Notes under the pieces: generated by a model
Told to the model about the DNA's origin: nothing
What the model saw: only the letters and a program-made list of their open reading frames with translations
The model's database searches: none
Translations under genes and position numbers: made by a program
In this document: positions 38,173 through 51,640 of the stretch, piece by piece
Layout: every line of letters begins with the position of its first letter
How positions within the stretch are numbered: position 1 is the first letter of the stretch
Origin: Nitrospiria bacterium
GTDB taxonomy: Bacteria > Nitrospirota > Nitrospiria > JACQBZ01
DNA: 64,000 nt
NCBI GenBank assembly: GCA_035517655.1
Contig: DATIYJ010000060.1
Coordinates: forward strand, 4,015 to 68,014
Reading direction: 5' to 3'

Positions 38173-39144
38173 ATGCTTTACACAAAACTCGGCCGAACCG
38201 GGCTCCGGGTCAGTCGTCTCTGCTTAGGGACGATGAACTTTGGGCCGGAAACCTCTGAGAAAGAAAGCCACGCCATCATGGATGAGACGTTGGCTCTCGG
38301 CATCAACTTCTTCGACACCGCCAACGTCTATGGATGGAAGAAGGGGGAAGGCTGGACGGAGCAGATCATCGGCCGATGGCTCGCGCAGGGCGGCGGCCGA
38401 CGGGAAGCGATCGTTCTGGCAACGAAGGTCTACGGACGGATGGGTGACCGTCCCAACGAGCGGGCCCTGTCGGCCTACCATATCCGCCGCGCATGCGAAG
38501 AGAGCCTCCGACGGCTCCGGACCGACCATATCGATCTTTACCAGATGCACCATATCGACCGCGACACGCCGTGGGAGGAAATCTGGCAGGCAATGGAGCA
38601 TCTGGTGCACGAGGGGAAGGTGATCTACATCGGCAGCAGCAACTTTTCCGGCTGGCAGATTGCGACGGCCAACCAGACGGCCGCGCGCCGCAATTTCATG
38701 GGCTTGGTGAGCGAGCAGAGCATCTACAATCTCCAGAACCGGATGATCGAGCTGGAGGTGATCCCGGCCTGCCGTGAATACGGTCTGGGACTCATCCCTT
38801 GGAGCCCGCTGGCGGGCGGCCTCCTCGGCGGCGCGTTGAAGAAAACCGCCAAGGGTCGTCGGACGGATTCCGAGACCCAGGCCCTCGCGGAAAAGCACCG
38901 GCCGCAGATCGAACGGTATGAAGCCTTCTGCAAAAAAATCGGCGAACCGCCTGCCGTTGTGGCCCTGGCCTGGCTCCTGGCAAACCCTTTCGTCACCGCG
39001 CCGATCATCGGGCCCCGTACGATGGACCAACTCAAAAGCAGTCTGCGCGCGCTTGAAGTTCGTCTGGACGAAATGTCCATGAAAGAGCTCGATACGATCT
39101 GGGCCGGCCCGGGCGGCGAGGCACCCGAGGCCTACGCGTGGTGA
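38173..39144 (+). CDS. Aldo/keto reductase
   Basis: MLYTKLGRTGLRVSRLCLGTMNFG…FFDTANVYG…DLYQMHHID…. Confidence 0.9.
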   Translation: MLYTKLGRTGLRVSRLCLGTMNFGPETSEKESHAIMDETLALGINFFDTANVYGWKKGEGWTEQIIGRWLAQGGGRREAIVLATKVYGRMGDRPNERALSAYHIRRACEESLRRLRTDHIDLYQMHHIDRDTPWEEIWQAMEHLVHEGKVIYIGSSNFSGWQIATANQTAARRNFMGLVSEQSIYNLQNRMIELEVIPACREYGLGLIPWSPLAGGLLGGALKKTAKGRRTDSETQALAEKHRPQIERYEAFCKKIGEPPAVVALAWLLANPFVTAPIIGPRTMDQLKSSLRALEVRLDEMSMKELDTIWAGPGGEAPEAYAW

Positions 39145-39593
39145 TCTCGGCTTTTCTGATTGATCACACGCAGCGCCTGCTCTCAAGCTATCGGCGTTGG
39201 ACGGGGCGGGATCTGATTCCGGCTTCCGGCTCGCTGGAAGAGCGGGCCCGGCACTTGTTTAACGTGCCGTTCGTCGTCATCTCGCACGGCACGGAAGAGG
39301 ATCCCATTTTAAACTACGGCAATCAGGCGGCGTTGACGCTCTGGGAGATGTCGTGGGAGGAGTTCACAAAAACACCGTCGCGCCTCACGGCCGAGCCGAT
39401 GGAACAGGCGGAGCGCGCAAAACTTCTGACCGAGGTGTCGAATAAAGGTTTTATGGACGGCTACCGAGGCGTGCGGATCTCCAAAACGGGCCGACGTTTT
39501 CAGGTCGAGAAGGCCGTCGTCTGGAACCTGATCGACGAGCACGATCGGTATTGCGGTCAGGCCGCGACCTTTAGCAGGTGGACATACCTATGA
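39138..39593 (+). CDS. MEKHLA (PAS-like) domain protein
   Basis: 151 aa with …FVVISHGTEEDPILNYGNQAALTLWEMSWEEF…GYRGVRISKTGRRF…VWNL, which matches my memory of bacterial MEKHLA proteins. The GTG start overlaps the AKR stop (GTGGTGA). Confidence 0.65.
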   Translation: MVISAFLIDHTQRLLSSYRRWTGRDLIPASGSLEERARHLFNVPFVVISHGTEEDPILNYGNQAALTLWEMSWEEFTKTPSRLTAEPMEQAERAKLLTEVSNKGFMDGYRGVRISKTGRRFQVEKAVVWNLIDEHDRYCGQAATFSRWTYL

Positions 39594-40445
39594 GGGTTTG
39601 ATTCCCGAGACCGCCAGGGCCACGCCGGGGATTCGGACCTCCGCGCCGCGACGGAATCGTTCGGCCGCCCCGACCATTTTCTCATCCGCCTCTGTGCGCT
39701 TCTCCTGCGGAACCTTCTCAAACAGTCCCTGAAGCGGCGCGGCCATCTCTCTCAGACATTCCAGGTATTCCTTTTCCGAAGCAAAAACACCTTCGATCGG
39801 CACCTCTTCTTCGCGAAGATCCGTAAAACCGGCGGCCTTCATCCGGCCCTGCAGATCACCCGACCGTTCCAGATAAAAGATGCCCGGAACGGACGGATCG
39901 ACCGGCGGCATCTCCATATATTCTTTGAGCACTCCCATGGGAAGCGTGATGTATGGATTCTTCTCTTTGGCCGCCCAGACCGCCGTTGCCACTCTTCCTC
40001 CGGGCTTCAGCACGCGATGCATCTCTCCAAGAGTCTTGTCCAGATGTGGGAGGAACATCAGACAGAAACGGGACGTGACCGCATCAAACCGGTCCGCTTC
40101 AAAGGACAGCGACGCAACATCGGCTTGCCGGAAGGTCACATGATTCAGTCCCCGCTTGGCTGCTTTCCGCCGGGCCACTGCAAGCATGTCCTCGGCAATG
40201 TCGATGCCGGTCACATGGCCGCTCGTTCCAACGCGCTCCGCGGCCGGGATCGCAGGGTATCCGGTTCCGCTTCCCAGATCCAGGACCTGATGGCCGGGCT
40301 CCAGGCGGGCCTTCTCCAACAGATGCCGCGTACAAGGTTCCATTCTGACATTCAACCAGGCGTCCCATTTTTCCCATGCGGCCGAAACCCGGTTCCAGTC
40401 CTTGCGTTGTGTTTCGATGAATTGGTTCGGATCAAAATGGGTCAC
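39588..40445 (-). CDS. Class I SAM-dependent methyltransferase
   Basis: Motif I VLDLGSGTGYPA and post-I D…LKPGGRV. Confidence 0.85.
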   Translation of the reverse strand: MTHFDPNQFIETQRKDWNRVSAAWEKWDAWLNVRMEPCTRHLLEKARLEPGHQVLDLGSGTGYPAIPAAERVGTSGHVTGIDIAEDMLAVARRKAAKRGLNHVTFRQADVASLSFEADRFDAVTSRFCLMFLPHLDKTLGEMHRVLKPGGRVATAVWAAKEKNPYITLPMGVLKEYMEMPPVDPSVPGIFYLERSGDLQGRMKAAGFTDLREEEVPIEGVFASEKEYLECLREMAAPLQGLFEKVPQEKRTEADEKMVGAAERFRRGAEVRIPGVALAVSGIKPS

Positions 40446-40541
40446 GATGATTCTCCTTTGTAAAGACCATCCGATTTTAAATTGGGGGAACCGCGTATGT
40501 CAATAAGGCTTCAGAATTCCTTGATCGTCGAGCAGGGGGGT

Positions 40542-41573
40542 TTAGAGAAGGTCGGCTTGCTGGGGCTTCGGGCGATTCGGATGAAGCGGCTTGCCGAAAT
40601 GCTGATAAGCCAGCGCGGTCGCGAGGCGGCCGCGGGGGGTGCGGTCGAGATATCCGCCCTGGATCAGAAAGGGCTCGTAGACGTCTTCGATCGTGTCCTT
40701 CTCCTCGCTGATCGCCGAGGCCAGCGTCTCGACGCCCACCGGCCCTCCTGCGAACTTCTCGATGATCGTGAGCAGGAGTTTCCGATCCATGGGATCGAAC
40801 CCCTTCTCGTCGATCTCCATCCGGCCGAGGGCTTCGCAGGCGACGGCCTTTGTGATTCGCCCGTCCGCCTTAACCTGCGCAAAATCGCGGACGCGTTTGA
40901 GCAGCCGATTCGCAATCCGGGGCGTTCCCCGGGACCGGCGCGCGATCTCTTGCGCTCCGGCGGCGTCGACTTCAATTCCCAAAATCCGCGCCGAGCGGTT
41001 CACGATCTCTTCGAGCTCCGGGGTCAGATAGAAGTCCAGCCGGTTGATCACGCCGAACCGCTCGCGCAACGGCGAGGTGAGCAAGCCGGCCCGCGTCGTC
41101 GCGCCGATCAGGGTGAAGCGCGGCAGGGCCAGCTTGACGCTTCGCGCGGAGGGGCCCTGTCCGATCACGAGATCCAGCTGGAAATCCTCCATCGCCGGGT
41201 AGAGGATTTCTTCCACGGCCGGGTGGAGCCGGTGAATTTCGTCGATGAAAAAGACGTCCCGCTCCGAAAGATTGCTCAAAATCGCCGCGAGATCGCCCGG
41301 ATGCTCCAGCGCCGGGCCGGAGGTGGCCTTGATATTGACGCCCAGCTCCCGCGCGATGATATGGGCCAGCGTCGTTTTACCGAGTCCCGGCGGTCCGTAG
41401 AAGATCACGTGATCCAGAACATCCTCCCGCTGCCGGGCGGCCTGGATATAGATCGTCAGGTTCTCCTTGAGCTTATTCTGACCGACATACTCCGCAAGCG
41501 ACGTCGGACGGAGCGACGCCTCGTACGTCTTCTCTTCTTCATTCAACTGGTTCGTCAGGATGTGTTCGGGCAT
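40542..41573 (-). CDS. ruvB: Holliday junction branch migration DNA helicase RuvB
   Basis: [11 protein letters not shown]…[11 protein letters not shown]…FIDEIHRL. Confidence 0.95.
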   Translation of the reverse strand: MPEHILTNQLNEEEKTYEASLRPTSLAEYVGQNKLKENLTIYIQAARQREDVLDHVIFYGPPGLGKTTLAHIIARELGVNIKATSGPALEHPGDLAAILSNLSERDVFFIDEIHRLHPAVEEILYPAMEDFQLDLVIGQGPSARSVKLALPRFTLIGATTRAGLLTSPLRERFGVINRLDFYLTPELEEIVNRSARILGIEVDAAGAQEIARRSRGTPRIANRLLKRVRDFAQVKADGRITKAVACEALGRMEIDEKGFDPMDRKLLLTIIEKFAGGPVGVETLASAISEEKDTIEDVYEPFLIQGGYLDRTPRGRLATALAYQHFGKPLHPNRPKPQQADLL

Positions 41574-42194
41574 TTAGGTTCTTGACAAAACTTTCAGGGA
41601 CTCCTTGATCAACTCTTCGATTCCCACCGGCCGGGCGGGACCGCCGTTGCCGGACCTCAACACTTTTTTCACCGCGTCTTTGGCGAGGGGCGACTTGTAA
41701 CCGAGGTTGACCAGCGCCGACACCGCGTCCTCCATCCCTTGCAACTCCTTCTCTTCGGCCGGGCCGACCGCCGTCGAATCCGAGACCGCCACGGCCCGGA
41801 TCTTCTCCTTTAACTCCAGCACCAGGCGCGCCGCGGTTTTTTGGCCAATGCCCGGAATCGAGCTTAGTTTCGCGACATCTCCTTGATTGACGGCCGCGAC
41901 CAGTTCGGAGAGCGGAAGCCCGGACAGAATATTGATCGCCAACTTGGGTCCGATTCCGGAGACGCCCAACAACAGAAGAAAGACGTTCTTTTCTTCCCCG
42001 CTCGAGAAGCCGTAAAGCTGGAGCGCGTCCTCCCGGACATGGGTGTAGGTCCAGAGATGGACCGACTCGTGCTCGGACGGCAGCCGGTAGAAGGTCGTCA
42101 GCGGCATCATCACCTCGTAGCCCACGCCGTGGACATCCACGACGACCGACTGGGGCGTCTTTCGTTTTAAGATTCCGCTCAGCGAAGCAATCAT
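41574..42194 (-). CDS. ruvA: Holliday junction branch migration protein RuvA
   Basis: MIASLSGIL…VDVHGVGYEV…GIGPKLA…IPGIGQKTAARL. Confidence 0.92.
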   Translation of the reverse strand: MIASLSGILKRKTPQSVVVDVHGVGYEVMMPLTTFYRLPSEHESVHLWTYTHVREDALQLYGFSSGEEKNVFLLLLGVSGIGPKLAINILSGLPLSELVAAVNQGDVAKLSSIPGIGQKTAARLVLELKEKIRAVAVSDSTAVGPAEEKELQGMEDAVSALVNLGYKSPLAKDAVKKVLRSGNGGPARPVGIEELIKESLKVLSRT

Positions 42195-42206
42195 ACCGGA
42201 TGTGCC

Positions 42207-42698
42207 CTACGCGTTTGTCAAGGCCCGGATCTTGGCCGAATGCAGATAGCAGATCGCCACGGCCAGCGCGTCGGCCGCATGGTGAGTATCGGGCGCCGTC
42301 TTGAGGTTCAGGAGACGGCCGACCATGCTCTCGACCTGATCCTTGCGGGCCGCGCCGTACCCGACCACGGCCAGTTTCACCTCGGTCGGCGCGCATTCAT
42401 GCACCGGGAGCCCGCATGCCTCGGCCGCCAAGAGAGCGATGCCGCGGGCCTGTCCCAGTTTCAACGCGCTTTGAAAATTTTTGGAGACGAACGTGTTTTC
42501 GACGACAACGGCCGCCGGTCGCTGTGTCCGGAACACGACCAGCAATTCATCATATATTTTTTTGAGCCGTTTCGGAAGCGATTCCCGTGCGGCGGTCGTG
42601 ATCGAACCGGAAGCGACGTACGAAAGCCGGTGATCCTCTTCGTCCACCACTCCGTAGCCCGTCGTTACGGTTCCCGGATCAATCCCGATCACGCGCAT
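42207..42698 (-). CDS. ruvC: Crossover junction endodeoxyribonuclease RuvC
   Basis: MRVIGIDPGTVTTGYGVV…AADALAVAICH-like C-terminal region. Confidence 0.92.
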   Translation of the reverse strand: MRVIGIDPGTVTTGYGVVDEEDHRLSYVASGSITTAARESLPKRLKKIYDELLVVFRTQRPAAVVVENTFVSKNFQSALKLGQARGIALLAAEACGLPVHECAPTEVKLAVVGYGAARKDQVESMVGRLLNLKTAPDTHHAADALAVAICYLHSAKIRALTNA

Positions 42699-42714
42699 GA
42701 TGGATTTGCCCTCG

Positions 42715-43467
42715 TTATTTTGCGGCCACCTTCTCCATCACGTCCTGGGGAATATCGAAATTGGCATGAATGTTCTGAACATCGTCGTGATCTTCGAGCG
42801 CCTCCATGAGCTTGAGCATCTGCTCGGCGTCTTTTCCCTGAAGGTTTACATAGTTTTGGGGAATCGATGCCACTTCGGCCGAGACCATTTCGATCTTCTG
42901 CCCATCCAATACCTTCCGTACATGCTCGAAATCGTGCGGCGGGGTGATCACTTCAAAGCTGTCGTCTTCCGTGCGAAGGTCCTCCGCCCCGGCCTCCAGA
43001 ACGAGATTCATCAATTTCTCCTCGTCCGCTTTGGATTTATCCACCACGATCCGGCCCTTCCGATGAAACATCCAGGCCACGCTGCCGGCGTCGGCCATTC
43101 GCCCGCCGTTTTTCTCCAGCAGGTTGCGGATTTCGGAGACGCTGCGGTTTTTATTGTCCGAGGTCGTCTCGATCAGCAGCGCCACTCCGCCGGGGCCGTA
43201 GCCTTCGTAAACCGCCTCCTCATAATGCACGCCCGGCAGCTCGCCGGTCCCTCGCTGGATCGCTTTCTTGATATTGTCGGCCGGCATGTTGACGTCTTTG
43301 GCCTTGACGATCGCCAACCGCAGTCGAGGATTGCCGTTCGGATCGCCGCCCCCGACGCGGGCCGCCGTCGTGATTTCGCGGATGATCTTGGTAAAAACCT
43401 TGCCCCGCTTGGCGTCCTCGGCGCCCTTCTTCCGCTTAATTGTCGACCAGTGCGAATGTCCGCCCAT
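42715..43467 (-). CDS. yebC: YebC/PmpR-family DNA-binding transcriptional regulator
   Basis: [27 protein letters not shown]…. Located upstream of ruvCAB, as is typical. Confidence 0.92.
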   Translation of the reverse strand: MGGHSHWSTIKRKKGAEDAKRGKVFTKIIREITTAARVGGGDPNGNPRLRLAIVKAKDVNMPADNIKKAIQRGTGELPGVHYEEAVYEGYGPGGVALLIETTSDNKNRSVSEIRNLLEKNGGRMADAGSVAWMFHRKGRIVVDKSKADEEKLMNLVLEAGAEDLRTEDDSFEVITPPHDFEHVRKVLDGQKIEMVSAEVASIPQNYVNLQGKDAEQMLKLMEALEDHDDVQNIHANFDIPQDVMEKVAAK

Positions 43468-43485
43468 GGCGAATAACCCTTTTTT

Positions 43486-43566
43486 CTCCGTTCACCCTTC
43501 GTAGGGGTGGTGGCCCGCGGCCGCACGAGGCGGAAACATCGACCTATCCCTACCGGGTGAACGGAG
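43486..43566. other. Long interrupted hairpin (12 + 6 bp perfect arms)
   Basis: CTCCGTTCACCC-ttc-GTAGGG…(41 nt)…CCCTAC-c-GGGTGAACGGAG. It lies 19 nt upstream of the yebC ATG. Confidence 0.5.
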
Positions 43567-43694
43567 CTTTGAGTAAGCTGTCCTTGTCCGAATGCGTTAC
43601 TTTTAACACAAACGACGGTCGGAGTCAATGAACCGCACAGACCGAAGCGGGCGGCATTTCGACGCGAACCAGAGTCGCCGATCGGCTTGGAAAC

Positions 43695-43724
43695 TTGAAT
43701 TTCCACATCCGAAAGAGTTAAAAT
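43695..43724 (+). promoter_or_regulatory. Promoter candidate (TTGAAT-18-TAAAAT), with the -10 ending 6 nt before ATG 43731
   Basis: The hexamers are at 43695-43700 and 43719-43724. No SD is present in aatttt. Confidence 0.4.
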
Positions 43725-43730
43725 AATTTT

Positions 43731-44198
43731 ATGAAGACATTACGATTCATGATCATGATCGTTGCACTGCTGATCGGCGTAACGGCCTGCGTGAGCCGGC
43801 CGCTCAGGATTCCGGACGCTATGCCGCCGGCGGCGAGCCTCGATGCCCCGAACGTCGTGAAGGTAGTCAAAAATTTGGACGCGGAGGTGATCGATCAATC
43901 ATGGCGTCCGGCGACCTTCCGCTGGCCGCGGCTCGATCGGGGCATGTTTTTTTGGACCACGACGGTCAAAAACGACGCATCCCAATCCCGGGATATTTGT
44001 GTGGTCTTCCACCTATTCAATGCGAATCACCGGGTGCTGCTGGGAGAGAGAGGGTGTCGGGTCGTGGCTCCCGGTCAAGAGGGCCATATCTCGAGCAGCG
44101 CCTACGTCGATCTGGATCTGCTCAAGCAGGCCAAAAGCGGACAGGCCAGTCCATTTGAGTCGCACACGATCTACTATCCGAAGTCCGCGACCGGTTAA
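43731..44198 (+). CDS. Hypothetical lipoprotein
   Basis: Signal peptide with lipobox LIGVTAC. I recognise no family. Confidence 0.6.
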   Translation: MKTLRFMIMIVALLIGVTACVSRPLRIPDAMPPAASLDAPNVVKVVKNLDAEVIDQSWRPATFRWPRLDRGMFFWTTTVKNDASQSRDICVVFHLFNANHRVLLGERGCRVVAPGQEGHISSSAYVDLDLLKQAKSGQASPFESHTIYYPKSATG

Positions 44199-44280
44199 GA
44201 AAGATTCCCGTGACCCGGAAAGTGCTCCGGACTTTGGCCGCGAACCGGCGATCCGTCGTCCGGTTCACGGCTTCGCATGT

Positions 44281-44754
44281 CTACGATGATTTCTCCTCGT
44301 CGATCTTCCGGGTTCGATACACGTCGTAATCGGGCACGAGACGCTCGTAATCGCTGTCCATCAGGGGAGAGGAGATCATGAAATCGGCGGTGGAGCGATT
44401 GCAGGCCACGGGAATGTTCCAGACCACCGCCATGCGCAAGAGCGCCTTGACGTCCGGATCGTGGGGTTGAGGCTCGAGCGGATCCCAGAAAAAGATGAGA
44501 AAATCGATCTCCCGGTCGGCGATCTTGGCGCCGATCTGCTGATCCCCGCCCAGCGGTCCGCTCTGGAGTTTGTTGATTTTGAATCCGAGCTCCTGCTCTA
44601 AAATCCCGCCGGTCGTCCCGGTCGCATAGATTTTGTGGTGAGCCAAGAGCGTCCGGTTGTATTTGGCCCATTCAACCAGGTCGCGCTTTTTGTTGTCGTG
44701 TGCGACCAGCGCGATTTTCTTATCATGCTCCATGATGATTTTTTTATGTGTCAT
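44281..44754 (-). CDS. mgsA: Methylglyoxal synthase
   Basis: [15 protein letters not shown]…YATGTTGG…[11 protein letters not shown]…[13 protein letters not shown] place the start at ATG 44754, with SD GGGGAGG 6 nt upstream. The 339-aa track ORF is a spurious extension. Confidence 0.9.
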   Translation of the reverse strand: MTHKKIIMEHDKKIALVAHDNKKRDLVEWAKYNRTLLAHHKIYATGTTGGILEQELGFKINKLQSGPLGGDQQIGAKIADREIDFLIFFWDPLEPQPHDPDVKALLRMAVVWNIPVACNRSTADFMISSPLMDSDYERLVPDYDVYRTRKIDEEKSS

Positions 44755-44807
44755 ACCCATCCTCCCCTTTTGCCGCCGATGAATTAGAGACGCGTGCAAG
44801 GTCTGTT

Positions 44808-45461
44808 TTATTCCGAGCTCTGACCCGCCGCCGGCTCCGGCTTTGCGGTGAGGCGCATGACGACGATATAAAGACCGGTCAAGAGCAGGATGAGGCCCAC
44901 GAACCAGTGGAACCGGTCGGCTAAAACGCGCATCATCTGTTGCGGATCGTCGAGCAGCTCGGGCCGGTCGCCGATCACCTCGGCCCCGAACCAGCCCAAG
45001 GCCGTGCACCAGACGGCCGAGCCGGCCAGGGTCATGAGGCTGTACATCTTGAAATCCATCCGGACGAGCCCGGCCGGGATGCCGATCAGGTGCCGTATGA
45101 CGGGTAGGAGCCGCGAGAAAAAAATCCCGCCGGCTTCGTATCGCGCCAGCCAGCGCTCCGCGCGCAGCAGTTTCGATTCCGGAATGAAGAAATATTTTCC
45201 GTACCGCAGGACGAGCGGCCGGCCGATCCACCGGGCCGACCAGTACATCGCGGCCGCGCCGATATAACTGCCCGCCGTTCCAGCCAGGATCACGCCCCAA
45301 AAATTATACCTCCCCTGCGCCGCCCAGTAGGCCGCGGGAGGAATGACCACCTCGCTTGGAATCGGGACGATGGAGCTCTCGACCGCCATCAGTAAAACAA
45401 TTCCAACATAGCCCCAGTCGCGCACCAGATCGAACCAGATCACGATCCATGCATCCATCAA
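44808..45461 (-). CDS. DedA-family (SNARE-associated/VTT domain) membrane protein
   Basis: …[20 protein letters not shown]…[18 protein letters not shown]…. Confidence 0.85.
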   Translation of the reverse strand: MMDAWIVIWFDLVRDWGYVGIVLLMAVESSIVPIPSEVVIPPAAYWAAQGRYNFWGVILAGTAGSYIGAAAMYWSARWIGRPLVLRYGKYFFIPESKLLRAERWLARYEAGGIFFSRLLPVIRHLIGIPAGLVRMDFKMYSLMTLAGSAVWCTALGWFGAEVIGDRPELLDDPQQMMRVLADRFHWFVGLILLLTGLYIVVMRLTAKPEPAAGQSSE

Positions 45462-45548
45462 CGAGTCTCCGTATCTTCAACCGAGAACGACGGGGTTATC
45501 ACGAAGGGGCGCCGGATGGTGATCGCATAAAACCCGCGCCCGATTATT

Positions 45549-46565
45549 TTAGATGCGGCGGCCGATGGAAGAGGCCACGAGCCGGACCTGCCTCATCAAC
45601 TCCTGAAACATGGGGAGGGTCAGCGATTGCGGGCCGTCGGAAAGGGCGTGATCCGGTTCGGGATGGATTTCCACGAGCAGTCCGTCCGCGCCCACCGCCA
45701 CGGCCGCCCGCGCCAGGGGGGTGACCCCGTAACGCAAACCGAAGCCGTGGGAGGGATCCACGATCACCGGAAGGTGGGAAAGCTGTTTCAGGACAATCAC
45801 CGCACCCAGGTCCAGGGTGTTGCGCGTCATGGTTTCAAACGTCCGGATGCCCCGCTCGCACAGCACGATCTCGTAGTTGCCCCGCGACGCGATGTATTCG
45901 GCGGCCATCAAGAGTTCCTTGAGAGTGGCGCTCAGTCCCCGTTTGAGCAACACGGGTCGTTTGACTTCGCCGACCGCTTCCAGGAGTGGAAAGTTCTGCA
46001 TGTTACGGGCCCCGATCTGGAGCACGTCCGCGTAGCGCGCCACCAGCTCCACCGAGCCGGGGCTCATCACCTCGGTCACCACCTTCAAACCGGTCTCTTC
46101 GCGCGCGAGCGCCAGAAGTTTGAGCCCCTCCTCTTTGAGTCCTTGGAAGTCGTACGGGCTGGTGCGCGGCTTGAACGCCCCGCCCCGCAGGAACCGCGCG
46201 CCGCAGGCCTGGGCGGCCCTGGCGCAAGCCAGAATCTGGGCCTCGCTCTCGACCGAGCACGGACCGGCCATAACGGCCAACGACTCGCCGCCGATGACCG
46301 CTCCATCCACGTTCACGACGGTGCGCTCGGGCTTCACCTCGGACGACACCAGCTTAAACGGCTGGCTGACCGGAATCGCCTGGGCGACTCCCGGGAGGAT
46401 CTCAAAAAGGTCTGCGTCCACGGGGCCCCGATTGCCCGTGATCCCGATGGCCGTGCGCTCGCTGCCGGGGATGGCATGGGGCTTAAATCCCAGCTCCTTG
46501 ATCTTTTCAGCCACCGCATCGATCTGTTCCGAGGTGGCATCGTGTCGCATGACGATCAGCATCAT
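45549..46565 (-). CDS. DAHP synthase, type I-beta with an N-terminal regulatory domain; second, stand-alone paralog
   Basis: 338 aa, the same length as 32748-33764 and roughly half identical by eye (GPCSVE…[17 protein letters not shown]…VDPSH). Confidence 0.9.
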   Translation of the reverse strand: MMLIVMRHDATSEQIDAVAEKIKELGFKPHAIPGSERTAIGITGNRGPVDADLFEILPGVAQAIPVSQPFKLVSSEVKPERTVVNVDGAVIGGESLAVMAGPCSVESEAQILACARAAQACGARFLRGGAFKPRTSPYDFQGLKEEGLKLLALAREETGLKVVTEVMSPGSVELVARYADVLQIGARNMQNFPLLEAVGEVKRPVLLKRGLSATLKELLMAAEYIASRGNYEIVLCERGIRTFETMTRNTLDLGAVIVLKQLSHLPVIVDPSHGFGLRYGVTPLARAAVAVGADGLLVEIHPEPDHALSDGPQSLTLPMFQELMRQVRLVASSIGRRI

Positions 46566-46583
46566 CCCCTCCGATACAATGAA

Positions 46584-46612
46584 AGTATAGTCGAACCTCC
46601 CTGGAATTTCAA
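46584..46612 (-). promoter_or_regulatory. Strong sigma70-type promoter candidate for the second DAHP synthase (TTGAAA-17-TATACT)
   Basis: The rc of 46607-46612 is TTGAAA and the rc of 46584-46589 is TATACT. SD GGAGGGG immediately precedes the ATGATG start. Confidence 0.5.
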
Positions 46613-46659
46613 GCGGGGGAAGGCCGGATTCAGCGGGAATAAAAGGAGGAATACACGCG

Positions 46660-48711
46660 TTACCGCGGAAACGCCTCGCGGACGCCGCCGTCGACGGGCA
46701 GGATCGCGCCGGTGGTTTTGGCCGAACGGTCCGAGGCGAAGAACAGGACGGCCTCGGCCACGTCGTCGGGATAAATTTTTGATTTTAAAAGATTGCGTTG
46801 CGCGTAGAAGTCTTCGAGCTTCCCGATCGGTATTCCATGGGCTTTTGCGCGTTCTTCCCGGATCTCTTTGGACCAGAGCCCGGATTCCTGAAAAACGCCG
46901 TCGGGACTGACCATGTTCACGCGGATGCGATCGTCCGCGCCCTCGATCGCGAGGATGCGCGACAGTTGGACCTGGGCGGCTTTGGAGGCCGAGTAGGCCC
47001 CGAAATCTTTTCCCGGCGCAAGGACATTTTTCGTCGCCACGACGACGATGTTCCCGCCGAGACCCTGCTCTTTGAAAACGCGAATCGTCTCGCGACAGAC
47101 GAGAAAATGGCCGGTGGCGTTGACGGCCATCGAGCGATCCCAATCCGAGAGCGTCAACCGGTCGACCGGCGACGATTTCGCGATCCCGGCGTTCGAGACC
47201 AGAATATCCAGTCCCCCGTACGCCAGAACCGCGCCCTCAAAGGCTTTCCTTACCGAAGCTTCGCTCGCCACATCCATCTTGAACGCGATCGAATTCGTCT
47301 CGCCCATCTTCCGGTTGATTGCCTCGGAGACCTCGCGGGTTTTTTCAAGATCGATATCGGTCAGAACGACCATGGCCCCTTCGTTGGCGAGCCGCTCGGC
47401 GATCGCCTTTCCGATTCCTCCGGCCGCCCCGGTGACCAACGCGACCCGTCGGGATAGTTCCTTCTCGGGCGGAAGGAGCGTCAGCTTGAAATTCTCCATC
47501 GGCCAGTACTCAAAATCGCACAGGTCGCGAGGCGCGAGCACGGCGTAGGATGAAATCGCGGCGCTGTCTTGAATGACGCCGATCGTGTGCCGGTAAATAT
47601 CGCGTGCGATCCGGGCCGCGCGTCGGTCTTTCCCGGTCGTGAACATCCCCAAACCGGGAACGAGTATCACGCGCGGATTGGGGTCCAGCATCGCGACGCC
47701 CGGCGTCTTATACCGGTTGAAGTAGGCCGTGTACCGTTTCCGATATTGCTCCAACGCTTTCGGAAGAACGGCTTTGATCTTTTCGGAATCCGGACGGGTG
47801 ATCTCCAGAAACATCGGCCAAGGCTTTGTATGCATCAGGTGATCGGGCGTGAACGGCCCGATCTGGGAGAGCGCCTCGGCCCTCGGATGACGGACAAACC
47901 GAAGCACTTCGGGACGGTCGTCATAAAACAGGACCATCCGTTTGTTCCCCCCGATCCCGCCGCGAAGGAGAGGCGCCACCGCCGCGGCATTCGAACGACG
48001 GGCCGCCTGCGGCCGTTTCGAACGAGATACCTTGATCCGCGGCGCTCTTGGACGACGGGCGATGAATTTCTCGGCCTCGGTGATCATCCGGATCGTTTCC
48101 AGATAAGCCTCCTTGGCCGATTCCCCCCAGGTGATCAGTCCGTGTTTGTCCAGAATAATCGCGCGAAGGCCGGGATTTTTTGCGTAGGCCTCGCCGGTCC
48201 GCTTGGAGAGAAGAAAACCCGGACGGAAATAGGGAATGAGGGCCACGCGTTTTCCGAAAACCGAGCGGACAACTTTATCGCCGTCCGGCGTGTCGGTCAG
48301 CGCGCAGATCGCATCGGCATGGGTGTGGTAGAGATGGGGCGGCGGTAAAAACGCATGCAGCAGCGTTTCGATCGAGGGCTTGGGGGCGCCGGGCTCGAGG
48401 ACGGATCGGGATTGATAGGCCACCATCTCATCATCGGTCATCGCCGGACGTTTCATGAGCGGCAGCAGATCGTCCAGGCGCAACGGCGTGAACTGTTTGT
48501 GGGTGATCGTCCTCATATCCGAGCCGGACCCTTTCATCCAGAGGATCCGGACCGGCCGGCCGGTATGATCCGTCCCTTTCGTTTTGACGGATGAGTTTCC
48601 ACCGCCCCAGACGACGAGGTTCGTATCCATGCCGATCAATCGGGAGGTGTAGACCAGGACATCCAATCCTTCCAACCCTCGCGCCTCTTTTTCCGACCAC
48701 CGGCTTTTCAT
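46660..48711 (-). CDS. Bifunctional class II aldolase / short-chain dehydrogenase (rhamnulose-1-phosphate aldolase/alcohol dehydrogenase-like)
   Basis: 683 aa. The N-terminal aldolase/adducin-like half is followed by a C-terminal SDR ([13 protein letters not shown]…YSASKAA). Confidence 0.85.
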   Translation of the reverse strand: MKSRWSEKEARGLEGLDVLVYTSRLIGMDTNLVVWGGGNSSVKTKGTDHTGRPVRILWMKGSGSDMRTITHKQFTPLRLDDLLPLMKRPAMTDDEMVAYQSRSVLEPGAPKPSIETLLHAFLPPPHLYHTHADAICALTDTPDGDKVVRSVFGKRVALIPYFRPGFLLSKRTGEAYAKNPGLRAIILDKHGLITWGESAKEAYLETIRMITEAEKFIARRPRAPRIKVSRSKRPQAARRSNAAAVAPLLRGGIGGNKRMVLFYDDRPEVLRFVRHPRAEALSQIGPFTPDHLMHTKPWPMFLEITRPDSEKIKAVLPKALEQYRKRYTAYFNRYKTPGVAMLDPNPRVILVPGLGMFTTGKDRRAARIARDIYRHTIGVIQDSAAISSYAVLAPRDLCDFEYWPMENFKLTLLPPEKELSRRVALVTGAAGGIGKAIAERLANEGAMVVLTDIDLEKTREVSEAINRKMGETNSIAFKMDVASEASVRKAFEGAVLAYGGLDILVSNAGIAKSSPVDRLTLSDWDRSMAVNATGHFLVCRETIRVFKEQGLGGNIVVVATKNVLAPGKDFGAYSASKAAQVQLSRILAIEGADDRIRVNMVSPDGVFQESGLWSKEIREERAKAHGIPIGKLEDFYAQRNLLKSKIYPDDVAEAVLFFASDRSAKTTGAILPVDGGVREAFPR

Positions 48712-48728
48712 TTCGTTTGTCGGCCGCT

Positions 48729-51539
<2,811 letters not shown>

Positions 51540-51604
51540 GTCGGTCCATGAACCTCGTTTTGAATTTTTTAGTATAACACGGTCGGGCGAACGTCGTCCA
51601 GCCA

Positions 51605-51634
51605 TTGACAACGGCCACCAATGGTGTTACGAAT
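51605..51634 (+). promoter_or_regulatory. ubiE promoter candidate (TTGACA-18-ACGAAT), with the -10 ending 6 nt before ATG 51641
   Basis: The TTG used as the start in the ORF track (51605) is the first base of a perfect TTGACA -35 hexamer. Confidence 0.4.
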
Positions 51635-51640
51635 ACCCCC

